Below are positions 15,931 to 25,797 of a stretch of DNA of 64,000 nucleotides, piece by piece. Both the position numbers and the translations under genes were made by a program. Within the stretch, counting starts at the first letter, position 1, and each line of letters starts with the position of its first letter. Below the pieces are notes generated by a model. That model did not search any database, was not told where the DNA came from, and saw nothing but the letters and a program-made list of their open reading frames with translations. Where the stretch lies: IMG/VR virus record IMGVR_UViG_3300043418_000072, positions 1-64,000 of that record. One strand, 5' to 3'.

Positions 15931-18738
15931 ATGGCAACGTTTAGTAAATTCACCCTAGTAATTGATCCAGTTACTGGACAAGAAGTCGAGTTTGGGTCTT
16001 TATCAAAATCCGCACAACAACAAATTCTTGCAGCAGATGAAGCAGCAACAGCACAACAGCTTGGGTTATATTCTGCTGCATCACAAAATGCAGGCACCGC
16101 AGTTAACAGTGTAGCGACCCCAGTTAATGAGCCAATTGTGGCTCCAGCGGTTCCGGTAGATCCACCGGTCACAGACGGTGAAGCTGCTAATGAGTTAGCA
16201 GCCACACAAAGCGATGACGAACCGATTAGTGATGAGGAATCTGACATCATTGATTCCTCAGACGACTCTCCTACTGAAGACGACGTTGCTGATTTTAATG
16301 CTCGACATGCAGCCGATGACGAAGACGCATCCAACGAGTCAGCAAGTCCCGAATCTAAGACACAGCTAGGCGATAGCACAACCGCAGTAGCATCATCATC
16401 TGATATTGAAAAACCTACGCCTACTAGAAATCCGTTGCATTCGTATGCTACATCTACTTACGGCATTACGCTGTCTGTATTAAGCAAGGATGCGTACAAG
16501 AGTTTAATAAATGGCGAACTTAAAGGTGCATGGCAACCGACGTACAGTTTAATTAGTAGCGGCGGCGGGGAACATTCTAACCGTAGTAAGTTCTTCCACG
16601 ACGACTTCTATTTTGAAAATCTTAAGATGACAACCATTATTGGACCGAGCTCACAGTCTCGTAACACTAATGCTATCGATTTGTCATTTACTATCATTGA
16701 GCCGTACGGCATTACGTTGCTTGATAGAATCATTGATGTATGCGCTGATCCCAAGGTCAATGGCAAGAACTATTTGCAACAGCCATATTTGCTTGAAATT
16801 AATTTCTTTGGTTCAGACGCCCTGGGCAAACAACACACTAAAATCCACGAGTTACAAAAGCGTATTCCTATCAAGTTACTAGAGATGAAAATTCGAGTAA
16901 CTGCTAAAGGCACAGAATACGCAATGAAAGCAATTCCGTTTAACCACGGTGCTCTATTAGAATCTGTAAACTCCACTCCTGCAAACTTTGAAATCAAAGC
17001 TACTAAAGTTAGCGACTTCTTCAATGGCATGGAACAAGGGGAGATGGCTAAGCAAATTCAACAAAAGAACCAAGCTCGCAGCGATGCAATTTTAGCAGCG
17101 GGTATTACTAAAGACGATGACGGTAATGATATCCTACCTCCAGGGCAGCGTGTTGGATTAGGCGGCGACGAAAAAGCACTAGCCGCAGCAGAAAAAACAA
17201 TTAACGCACCTTACTCGGTTAAGAGCTATCCGGGTGCATATAACGCATGGCAACAGAGTGCAGTTGATGGTGCGCACGTAACTGTGGCTAACCAAATTAA
17301 ATTTGAATTTGATCCCGAGTTAAATTCAGAGATTGTTGACCCTACTAAAGTGCCGTTGTACAGATCTAAGATGACTGTAGCCGATAAGGCGTCAGAGCAG
17401 GGAAAAGATGCTAGCACCAGCAGCAAGACTCCGACTAACGACTTTGATCCAAATACTATGTCGTTTAACATTAGCTCCGGTACTAGCGTAGTTGATGTTA
17501 TTAACATGGTTATGCGTAACAGCAAGTATATTAAAGATCAGGTAGTTGACCCACTAAGCGACAAGAATACTCTCCCAACTGATACTACTGTTAAGTATTA
17601 TAAAATTGTACCAAAAGTTGAATTGTTAGACTTTGACGACAAGCGCAATGAGTACGCAAAGCTGACTACCTTCTACGTTAAGAAGTACGATTACTATAAT
17701 AGCAAGAGTCCCAACTTACCAGTTGCAAAACCTAAAGGTGCAGTTAAAGAATACAACTACATTTACACTGGTAAAAACATTGATATCTTAGAGTTTTCCT
17801 TGGACTTTGACACAGCTTACTATACTACGGTAGTTGTTAACCGTGAGAAAACAGAAGCAACCAGTGGCGCTGCAAACGCAGACTCGGGTGATGCTAGCAA
17901 AGACAATTTAAAAAATCAGCCAACACACAATGACAGAGTAGCCAAGGCAACTACACAACCAGTGAGTGCAGATGCACAAGCAACAGCCACTAACGCCGAT
18001 TCTGCAAAGTCTGTATTAGTCGCTAATGCAACAAAGAGTATTGCAGCATCAAGTCGTGGTGATATGCTTAACGTTAAATTAAAGATTCTTGGCGACCCTC
18101 ATTTTATTAAACAAGATGATGTTTATGCAAACCCCGGTCACAGTGATTATGCAGATACTAAAACGTTAATCATGCCCGGAACATTAAACATGGATCGTGT
18201 AGAGATTTTCTGTAAGATTAATTTTACAACTCCAGTAGACATGGATGATAAAACCGGTCTAACTAGAAAAGATACTAGATACACAAATGCTGGTTTCAGT
18301 GGCTATTACAAAATTTTAACAGTGGAGAGCGAGTTCTCTAAAGGCCAATTTATACAGACACTTGATTGCATTCGCGTATTTGATCAAGACACTCCTAACG
18401 AACAAGAGCGTGCTCAATCAAAAGCAGAAAAAGCACGTAGAGACTTTGCTCAAACAGACCCACGTTTAATCAATCAGCAGACTGACGATGAAGATCCGTT
18501 TGAAGCGATGCGCAAACAGAATGAAGAACAAGAAGACGAGCCAATTGATGTTGATGAATTGTTTGACACGCCAGACGAAGAAGCCGGGCAGGACGACGAT
18601 AACAACAGCGAAGAAACTAGCGCCAGCAATGAAGGGCAATCAATTGCAGATGATTTAGATGGCGCACCTGAGATAGATGTAGACACTCAACTAGCTGAAG
18701 ACAATTCAAGCTCTGAGCCACAAAACCCGTTTGCATAA
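15931..18738 (+). CDS. Baseplate hub protein (gp27-like) with acidic disordered termini
   Basis: Located between gp53 and gp5. Contains hub-like LKILGDPHFI and YKILTVESEFSKGQFIQTL motifs. D/E-rich N- and C-terminal segments. Confidence 0.6.
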   Translation: MATFSKFTLVIDPVTGQEVEFGSLSKSAQQQILAADEAATAQQLGLYSAASQNAGTAVNSVATPVNEPIVAPAVPVDPPVTDGEAANELAATQSDDEPISDEESDIIDSSDDSPTEDDVADFNARHAADDEDASNESASPESKTQLGDSTTAVASSSDIEKPTPTRNPLHSYATSTYGITLSVLSKDAYKSLINGELKGAWQPTYSLISSGGGEHSNRSKFFHDDFYFENLKMTTIIGPSSQSRNTNAIDLSFTIIEPYGITLLDRIIDVCADPKVNGKNYLQQPYLLEINFFGSDALGKQHTKIHELQKRIPIKLLEMKIRVTAKGTEYAMKAIPFNHGALLESVNSTPANFEIKATKVSDFFNGMEQGEMAKQIQQKNQARSDAILAAGITKDDDGNDILPPGQRVGLGGDEKALAAAEKTINAPYSVKSYPGAYNAWQQSAVDGAHVTVANQIKFEFDPELNSEIVDPTKVPLYRSKMTVADKASEQGKDASTSSKTPTNDFDPNTMSFNISSGTSVVDVINMVMRNSKYIKDQVVDPLSDKNTLPTDTTVKYYKIVPKVELLDFDDKRNEYAKLTTFYVKKYDYYNSKSPNLPVAKPKGAVKEYNYIYTGKNIDILEFSLDFDTAYYTTVVVNREKTEATSGAANADSGDASKDNLKNQPTHNDRVAKATTQPVSADAQATATNADSAKSVLVANATKSIAASSRGDMLNVKLKILGDPHFIKQDDVYANPGHSDYADTKTLIMPGTLNMDRVEIFCKINFTTPVDMDDKTGLTRKDTRYTNAGFSGYYKILTVESEFSKGQFIQTLDCIRVFDQDTPNEQERAQSKAEKARRDFAQTDPRLINQQTDDEDPFEAMRKQNEEQEDEPIDVDELFDTPDEEAGQDDDNNSEETSASNEGQSIADDLDGAPEIDVDTQLAEDNSSSEPQNPFA

Positions 18739-18750
18739 CAGAGAATATAT

Positions 18751-21700
18751 ATGAGTTCAGATAAAAGATTAGTTAATAGATTACCAGAGCGGGTACGCCG
18801 CGAAGACACTCCCGGGGTACGAATTGACTCGGGGCCCTTCATTGGAATTATTAGAAACAATAATGATCCTACTAGGGCAGGACGTTTGCAAGTATGGATT
18901 CCTGACTTGGGTGGTAAAAGCGATGACCCGTCTAGCTGGCGCACAGTAAGTTATGCTAGTCCATTCTATGGAACAACATTCCAACCAGACAACGTACAAA
19001 ACAACAAGTTTACAGACGTATCTCATAGCTATGGCATGTGGGCAGTAGTGCCCGACATTGGTAACCAAGTAATCTGTACATTCATTGCAGGCGACCCTAA
19101 CAGAGGGTTCTGGTTTGCTTGTATTAACCCTAATTTAAGTCATCACATGGTTCCAGCAATGGGAACAGGTGGATCAGTTGACAACAACTTAACAACCGCA
19201 GGACTTAAAGAAAAGTACGATCCAAATACCAGCATTTGGCCAGTGGCAGAATTTAACGAAAACTCAACAGGTGCGATTAAACCAGGTTGGACTAACAACC
19301 CTAAGCCTGTGCATGAGTTCCAGGCAAACATTTTGATCCAGCAGGGACTAGACAGAGACGGACTCCGTGGTGCAATTGGATCTAGCAGCCAGCGAGAAAG
19401 TCCTAGCACTGTATTTGGTATTAGTACTCCTGGTAGACCGCTTAATGATCCGATGGATAACCCTCAATATCAAGCTAAGTTGAAAGCCGGTACACTAACG
19501 GAAGCAGATACTGCGATTACAGGTCGTAAGGGTGGCCACACTTTTGTTATGGACGATGGATCATCAACTGGTGCTGATCAGTTAATGCGTTTACGAACAG
19601 CAGGTGGGCATCAGTTGCTAATGAACGACAGTGACCGCGTTGTGTATCTTGCTAACAGTGATGGCAGTGTGTGGCTTGAGTTTACTGGTGGCGGACATAT
19701 TAACGTATTCAGTGCAGCAGGCATTAACATGCGCACTGATGGTGAGTTTAACCTTCACGCAGGAAAAGACATTAACATGCACAGCGGTGGCTCTATTAAG
19801 ATGAAAGCCGATGTGTCGATTAACAGCCAAGCCAAAGATTACACAATTAAAGCCAGCAACAGTGTGGGCATCCAGTCTGGTAAAGTTGGAGTATTAGCAG
19901 ACGGTGCGCTGAGTTTGCAGTCTGCCAATGGCGGATGGTTAAGCGATGGTAAACTAGCACTGCAAGGCAGCAAAGTATTGCTTAATACCGAAGCTCCGGC
20001 AGCAGTTACGCCAGTGGCAGATATTAAAACAAACAAACAAACAGATACCGGATGGGATGACAAAAAGGGTATTTGGTCAAACCAAGCGGACGTATTTGAA
20101 AGCATTGCTACAATTACTCCATCGCACGAGCCGTGGCCACGTGGTCCGGGCAAAGGTGCAACAAAGAAAGCAGTTAGTCAGTTTGCTGCGGCACCACAGC
20201 CAGTTAAACCTACTAGCGTGTGTGCTCCGCCAGGACAAACATTGCCACCTAACATCAATAACATTACCCCAAGTGGGGGAAGCAATGAGGCAATGCTTGA
20301 GTCTACATTAACTGGATATGGGCTAACTGATAGAATACAAATTGCAGCGATTATGGCACAGTGTGCCCATGAGTCCGGTAACTTCCAGTTCTTAACCGAA
20401 CTTGGAGCAGACAGCTACTTCCAGAAATATGAAGGTCGTGCAGATTTAGGCAACACACAGCCGGGCGATGGACTAAAGTACAAAGGCCGCGGGTTTATTC
20501 AGATCACAGGTCGTGACTTATATACCCAAGCAGGAGCTTACTTGAACATTGACTTGGTTAACCAGCCACAGTTAGCAGCAGATCCAGCAACAGCAGCAAA
20601 GCTAGTATTGTTCTTCTTCTTCCAGTTTAAGAAAAGCAGAACCGCCGGCGTCAACTGGGGCGATGTAACCGCAGTAACTCGAATTGTTAACGGTGGTACA
20701 AACGGGCTACCTGACAGGGTTGCTAAATTCTCTGCGTACACACAAAAATACACTAACGGAATCGTTATAACAGGATCAGGTGGCGTTCTAACCGACGGCA
20801 GCGGAAACCCAGTAACAACAGGATCTACTAAACTAGATCCGGGGCCAGACATTGCAAAGAGCAAGTCAGTAGTAAGTCCTGCACCAGGCGAATCAATGAA
20901 GAAACAAGATGCCCCAAATCCGGGCGCAATTACTTCAACTGAATCTAAGATTCCGGGACTGATTCCTACGCAAATGAAAGCACTGATGATCGAAATTGGA
21001 TTTGCAGAATCCAATTCAGACTATGCTGCACAAGATACAGACCTAAACAGAATCGGTCGTTATGCAGTCAACGCTAATCTATTGCGTGACAACGGATACA
21101 TCAAATCTGACTACGTTAAAAAGTACAAAGGTGCTGCTATATTCCAAGCTGGTGCATGGACTGGCAAAGATGGTATTAGTGATGCAGCGGGATTTACTAG
21201 TGCAAAAGGAACACAAGACACGCTAATGGAGAAAATTCTCAACGATTACTATACAGCGTTAGTAAGTAATCGAGGTATTCAAATTGAAGACGATGTGTGT
21301 ACCGTTGCAGGCATGATGAGTGTTGCATACTTCTTACGAGACAGTGAGCGTGGATTCTTTAGCGGTAGTCCGCCTGACCAAGCTAAGTTCTGGAGAGAAC
21401 AGGGTAATAACATCACCAATGAGCAGAAGCAAACACCAGATTCTGCATACAATCAAGGTCGATATGCGATTGACGTATTAAGTATATCAACTGCTGGCGC
21501 AGCTAGCGGAGCAGTTGGGACTATAACTCCATCTACCACTGGTATTGATCCCAACGAAGTGTTTACATTCACAAACCGCAGCGGCGATGCAGCTCACTTT
21601 GATGTTGCAACCGTTGACTTTAAGGATCGATTGCTACAAGCAGCCCGTGACTACAAAGCAGCAACCGGCAAGAAAGTTACTATTAGCAGCACAGTGCGTA

Positions 21701-22017
21701 CACAGGATGAGCAGACATCAATTTACGATGGATGGATTGCTGCTGGCGGTCAGTTGCCGGGGAACCCAACAGTTAACGTTACCCCATACGGTAATATTAG
21801 CAGACCAGTTAAGACAGTTGGCAATCACGGTCTAGGTATTGCAGCAGACATTGGGGTTGCAGATGCAATCGCAATGGAGAGCATGGGCATATTAGCCAAG
21901 TACGGCTTATACAGATTTGACCCTGCAGGCGATCCACCTCACATTCAGTTAAAGCCCGAGCTACGCCCAGCTAATTTAGCAACTATCCAGAGTTTACCCG
22001 GCAATAGCACAGCATAA
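18751..22017 (+). CDS. gp5: Baseplate central spike (gp5/VgrG-like) with GH19, second lysozyme-like and M15 peptidase domains
   Basis: OB-fold DPTRAGRLQVWIP...PDIGNQV; GHTFVMDD/GHQLLMND beta repeats; GH19 AQCAHESG...YKGRGFIQITGR...VNGGTNGLPDR; AESNSDY...GRY segment; M15-like SSTVRT...NHGLGIAAD...DPPH. Confidence 0.88.
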   Translation: MSSDKRLVNRLPERVRREDTPGVRIDSGPFIGIIRNNNDPTRAGRLQVWIPDLGGKSDDPSSWRTVSYASPFYGTTFQPDNVQNNKFTDVSHSYGMWAVVPDIGNQVICTFIAGDPNRGFWFACINPNLSHHMVPAMGTGGSVDNNLTTAGLKEKYDPNTSIWPVAEFNENSTGAIKPGWTNNPKPVHEFQANILIQQGLDRDGLRGAIGSSSQRESPSTVFGISTPGRPLNDPMDNPQYQAKLKAGTLTEADTAITGRKGGHTFVMDDGSSTGADQLMRLRTAGGHQLLMNDSDRVVYLANSDGSVWLEFTGGGHINVFSAAGINMRTDGEFNLHAGKDINMHSGGSIKMKADVSINSQAKDYTIKASNSVGIQSGKVGVLADGALSLQSANGGWLSDGKLALQGSKVLLNTEAPAAVTPVADIKTNKQTDTGWDDKKGIWSNQADVFESIATITPSHEPWPRGPGKGATKKAVSQFAAAPQPVKPTSVCAPPGQTLPPNINNITPSGGSNEAMLESTLTGYGLTDRIQIAAIMAQCAHESGNFQFLTELGADSYFQKYEGRADLGNTQPGDGLKYKGRGFIQITGRDLYTQAGAYLNIDLVNQPQLAADPATAAKLVLFFFFQFKKSRTAGVNWGDVTAVTRIVNGGTNGLPDRVAKFSAYTQKYTNGIVITGSGGVLTDGSGNPVTTGSTKLDPGPDIAKSKSVVSPAPGESMKKQDAPNPGAITSTESKIPGLIPTQMKALMIEIGFAESNSDYAAQDTDLNRIGRYAVNANLLRDNGYIKSDYVKKYKGAAIFQAGAWTGKDGISDAAGFTSAKGTQDTLMEKILNDYYTALVSNRGIQIEDDVCTVAGMMSVAYFLRDSERGFFSGSPPDQAKFWREQGNNITNEQKQTPDSAYNQGRYAIDVLSISTAGAASGAVGTITPSTTGIDPNEVFTFTNRSGDAAHFDVATVDFKDRLLQAARDYKAATGKKVTISSTVRTQDEQTSIYDGWIAAGGQLPGNPTVNVTPYGNISRPVKTVGNHGLGIAADIGVADAIAMESMGILAKYGLYRFDPAGDPPHIQLKPELRPANLATIQSLPGNSTA

Positions 22018-22025
22018 ATATTACT

Positions 22026-22400
22026 ATGGTAACTTATCGCGGATTTAACACAATTAACCAAGTCAAGAAGTTTAGATTAACAGATCTTGACTTGGTTAAA
22101 CGCAACCTCTTAAATCATTTCATGATTCGCAAAGGGGAGAAGTTAATGCAACCAAATTTTGGTAGTATTATCTGGAACATATTGTTTGAACCATTGACTG
22201 AGGAAACTAAAAAGGTTATCCTTGATGATGTAACAACGATTGTAGGGTACGATCCGCGTATTGCAGTGGATGAGGTTATTATCCAGGAGCTAGGCAACGG
22301 GTTGCAACTGCAAATAGCATTGACTTACAAGCCAGGTAACACCACAACAAGCATGACGTTAGCGTTTGATAAAAATAGTCAAACGCTAACTATGTCTTAA
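22026..22400 (+). CDS. gp25: Baseplate wedge subunit (gp25-like)
   Basis: LLNHFMIRKGEKLMQPNFGS...LFEP...DPRI is the gp25 signature. CATAAATA box at 22013-22020. Confidence 0.9.
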   Translation: MVTYRGFNTINQVKKFRLTDLDLVKRNLLNHFMIRKGEKLMQPNFGSIIWNILFEPLTEETKKVILDDVTTIVGYDPRIAVDEVIIQELGNGLQLQIALTYKPGNTTTSMTLAFDKNSQTLTMS

Positions 22401-22445
22401 TAGTACCACTTTTTACACGCCATAAATACTGAATAAGGTATAGAT

Positions 22446-25400
22446 ATGGCTACTACAACACGTCAAACGAGTTTACTTGTCCAACAGGATTGGACAAAAT
22501 TGTATCAAACTTTCCGCAATGCGGACTTCCAAAGTTATGATTACGAAACGCTACGCAAGTCAATGATTGACTATTTGCGTACTTATTATCCTGAAGATTT
22601 CAACGACTTCACTGAGAGCAGCGAATACATCGCATTAATTGACTTGATTGCGTTCCTAGGGCAGTCACTTGCTTTCCGTACAGATTTGAACGCACGTGAA
22701 AACTTCTTAGATACAGCAGAACGTCGTGATAGCGTATTAAAGCTAGCCAAGCTAATCAGCTACAATCCTAAACGAAACCTACCTTCCACTGGTTATTTAA
22801 AAATTAACAGTGTAAGCACGACCGAAACAATTACTGACAGCAACGGCCTAAACTTAGCTAACTTGCTAATTAGCTGGAATGATGCTGCAAACGAAAACTG
22901 GTTAGAGCAATTTACTTCTATTATTAACGCATCCTTGTTAAGCAGTCAAGTAGTAGGCAAGCCCGGCGCAAGCAACACAATCAATGGCGTATTAACTGAT
23001 GAGTATGGCATTAGTATTGTTCCTGGGGTACTACCAGTTTACAAGTTTACATCTTCTATTGAAGGAGTGAACATGCCGTTTGAGGCAGTTAGTGCAACCA
23101 GCTATAACCAAAGCTATATCTACGAAAAAGATCCAAAGCCAACGGGTGTGTTTAACATCTTGTCTCGTAATGACAACCAAGGCAACGGATCAAATAACAC
23201 AGGCTTCTTTGTTTACTTTAAGCAAGGTGAATTAAAGAGCTTGGACTTTTCTCTAACTGATAGCTTGCCTAACCGTGTTGCTAACATTAACTTTGACAAC
23301 ATCAACGACATTGACGTCTGGTTATACCAATTAACATCGTCAAACATTCCTGGCGCTAAGTGGACACAGATTCCAGCCATTGGCGGATTGAACGTAGTAT
23401 ACAACCAAGAAAGTCAGCGTAACCTATTCCAAGTAGCAACTCGTGCAAACGACCAAATTGACTTGGTATTTGGTGACGGCGCCTTTGCAAACGTACCACA
23501 AGGTAACTTCCGTTTGTACTACCGTCAAAGCAACGGATTGAACTACAAGATTACTCCCGACGAAATGCAGGCTGTGTCGTTTAGCATCAGTTACGTTAGC
23601 CGTACTAACCGCATCGAAACTCTAACTATCTCTGCTAGCTTGAACTACACAGTTACAAACAGCAGTGCAAAAGAGTCTATTAACGATATCCGCACAAAAG
23701 CACCTCAACAGTACTATACTCAAAACCGTATGGTGACTGGCGAAGACTACAATACATTACCGTTCACTAGCTTTAACAACATTTTAAAAGTTAAAGCAGT
23801 AAACCGCTCTAGCTCGGGTATCAGTCGCTACCTTGATGTAGTTGACAGTAGCGGAAAATATTCTAGTACCAACATCTTTGCACAAGATGGCATGGTGTAT
23901 AAGAACTATCAGAATACCACAACATCGTTTACATATTCAACGATTAACGACATTAACAAGACTATATTTAACGTTGCCAAACCAATGATTGCAACCAAAG
24001 AGTCTGTGCATTTGTATTACAACACGGCGGCAACGTTTGTTCCATCTACAACTGCAAATTGGACTAAAGTTTCTATTGCAAACGGGACAACCACTGGTTA
24101 CTTTAACTCAGGTACTAACATTGGTATCGGTGCAACAGGCAACTATCAATACATTACAATGGGTGCATTGATTAAATTTGTGCCGCCTACAGGATTTTAC
24201 TTTGACAAGAACAATCAGTTGCAAGCAGGTACTCCTACATTAAACACTGACAAGACTTACATTTATGCGTCGGTTGATTCTACATCATCGCCGACATTGG
24301 TAGTGAGTCAGATTGTTCCAACTGATGCAATAATTGAATCTATTATTCCTGTCTTCAAGAATGACTGGACAACTTCTTTAATTTCAAATATTGCAAGTCA
24401 GATTCAAGCTAACAAAAACTTTGGCGTAAGCTATTCTGTTGCAACAGCTGGTGCTCAACCAACATGGAACATTATTCCTAACACTAACTTGAGTTTAGGC
24501 GATTACGATCTGGCTTCTGCAGGTACAGCAGTAGATACCAGCTGGTATTTGGCATTCACTTACAACAACGGTCAGTACACTATTACTCAGCGTAATTTGT
24601 ATTACTATATCGAGAGTGTACTAGAAACTCGTTTCTACTTTGACCCTAAAGTTAAAACTTACGACAGTAACACTGGCTTGATTCTTAAAGACCACATTAA
24701 GATCTTGAAGACTAACAGCATGCCTGATTCTTCTGCGGCGCTGTCAGTTGATCAAAATTGGTATGTATATAACAGCATTGTGCAAGCCGACGGCTACCAA
24801 GACACTAAGAAAGTATTGATTACTTTCCCTGATTCAAATAACGATGGTATCCCTGATGATCCTACATTGTTTGAAACTCTAGTGGCTCCAGCAGTTAATA
24901 CATTTAACAAATATGTATACTTCAAGCAAGTGGTAAGTTACAGCAGCTTCGTTGATTACGTAGTAGTTGATGCTGGCACGATTGTTGCTACTTACGGAAC
25001 TAAAACAGCAATTTCATTAAATGCAAGTCTATATAACGAGACACAGATCTTCTACGCATTTACTGAAAACAAATTCTATGTACTAACTAACGGAAACTTA
25101 ATTGAGAATACTCAATATATTGCCCGTGTTGGTCGCCAAGACTTGTATTTCCAATACCGTCACAATAGTCCTAACAACCGTCGCATTGACCCAAGTCCAA
25201 ACAACATCATGGATTTGTATTTGTTAACAAAGACTTACAACACATTGTACACAGCATGGATCCGTGATAGCAGCAATAAAATCACGCAGCCAGTTGCTCC
25301 TACCACTGAAGAATTGCGAGTTGACTTTAGTACCCTAGAGAACTTAAAAGCAATGAGTGATACTATCATTTATAACTCTGCTAAGTTTAAGCCAATCTTT

Positions 25401-25778
25401 GGTGCTAAGGCTCCACTGGCATTACAAGCAACATTTAAAATCGTTAAAAACCCTAACGTTACAGTAAGCGACAATGACATTAAGAGTCAAGTGATTTCGG
25501 CCATTAACGCATACTTTGACATCACTAACTGGGACTTTGGCGAAACGTTTTACTTCTCTGAGTTGAGCGCATATCTACATAACAAACTAACTCCTAACGT
25601 GAGTAGTATTATCATTGTTCCTAGTTCGGGACAAGGACAATTTGGCGGCCTGTATCAAATCAATGCAGAGCCAAATGAAATCATTACTAGTGCAGCTACA
25701 GTTGATAACGTACAAATTATCAGCGCAATCACCGCATCACAATTGAACCAGACTGCATCTGGGTTAAATATTGTATAA
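22446..25778 (+). CDS. gp6: Baseplate wedge subunit (gp6-like)
   Basis: DFQSYDYETLR...FNDF.ESS...ARENFLDTAERRDS; FGDG; ESINDIR..AP..Y.TQNRMVT.EDY. CATAAATA box at 22421-22428. Confidence 0.88.
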   Translation: MATTTRQTSLLVQQDWTKLYQTFRNADFQSYDYETLRKSMIDYLRTYYPEDFNDFTESSEYIALIDLIAFLGQSLAFRTDLNARENFLDTAERRDSVLKLAKLISYNPKRNLPSTGYLKINSVSTTETITDSNGLNLANLLISWNDAANENWLEQFTSIINASLLSSQVVGKPGASNTINGVLTDEYGISIVPGVLPVYKFTSSIEGVNMPFEAVSATSYNQSYIYEKDPKPTGVFNILSRNDNQGNGSNNTGFFVYFKQGELKSLDFSLTDSLPNRVANINFDNINDIDVWLYQLTSSNIPGAKWTQIPAIGGLNVVYNQESQRNLFQVATRANDQIDLVFGDGAFANVPQGNFRLYYRQSNGLNYKITPDEMQAVSFSISYVSRTNRIETLTISASLNYTVTNSSAKESINDIRTKAPQQYYTQNRMVTGEDYNTLPFTSFNNILKVKAVNRSSSGISRYLDVVDSSGKYSSTNIFAQDGMVYKNYQNTTTSFTYSTINDINKTIFNVAKPMIATKESVHLYYNTAATFVPSTTANWTKVSIANGTTTGYFNSGTNIGIGATGNYQYITMGALIKFVPPTGFYFDKNNQLQAGTPTLNTDKTYIYASVDSTSSPTLVVSQIVPTDAIIESIIPVFKNDWTTSLISNIASQIQANKNFGVSYSVATAGAQPTWNIIPNTNLSLGDYDLASAGTAVDTSWYLAFTYNNGQYTITQRNLYYYIESVLETRFYFDPKVKTYDSNTGLILKDHIKILKTNSMPDSSAALSVDQNWYVYNSIVQADGYQDTKKVLITFPDSNNDGIPDDPTLFETLVAPAVNTFNKYVYFKQVVSYSSFVDYVVVDAGTIVATYGTKTAISLNASLYNETQIFYAFTENKFYVLTNGNLIENTQYIARVGRQDLYFQYRHNSPNNRRIDPSPNNIMDLYLLTKTYNTLYTAWIRDSSNKITQPVAPTTEELRVDFSTLENLKAMSDTIIYNSAKFKPIFGAKAPLALQATFKIVKNPNVTVSDNDIKSQVISAINAYFDITNWDFGETFYFSELSAYLHNKLTPNVSSIIIVPSSGQGQFGGLYQINAEPNEIITSAATVDNVQIISAITASQLNQTASGLNIV

Positions 25779-25797
25779 GACATAAATTGAGATAATA

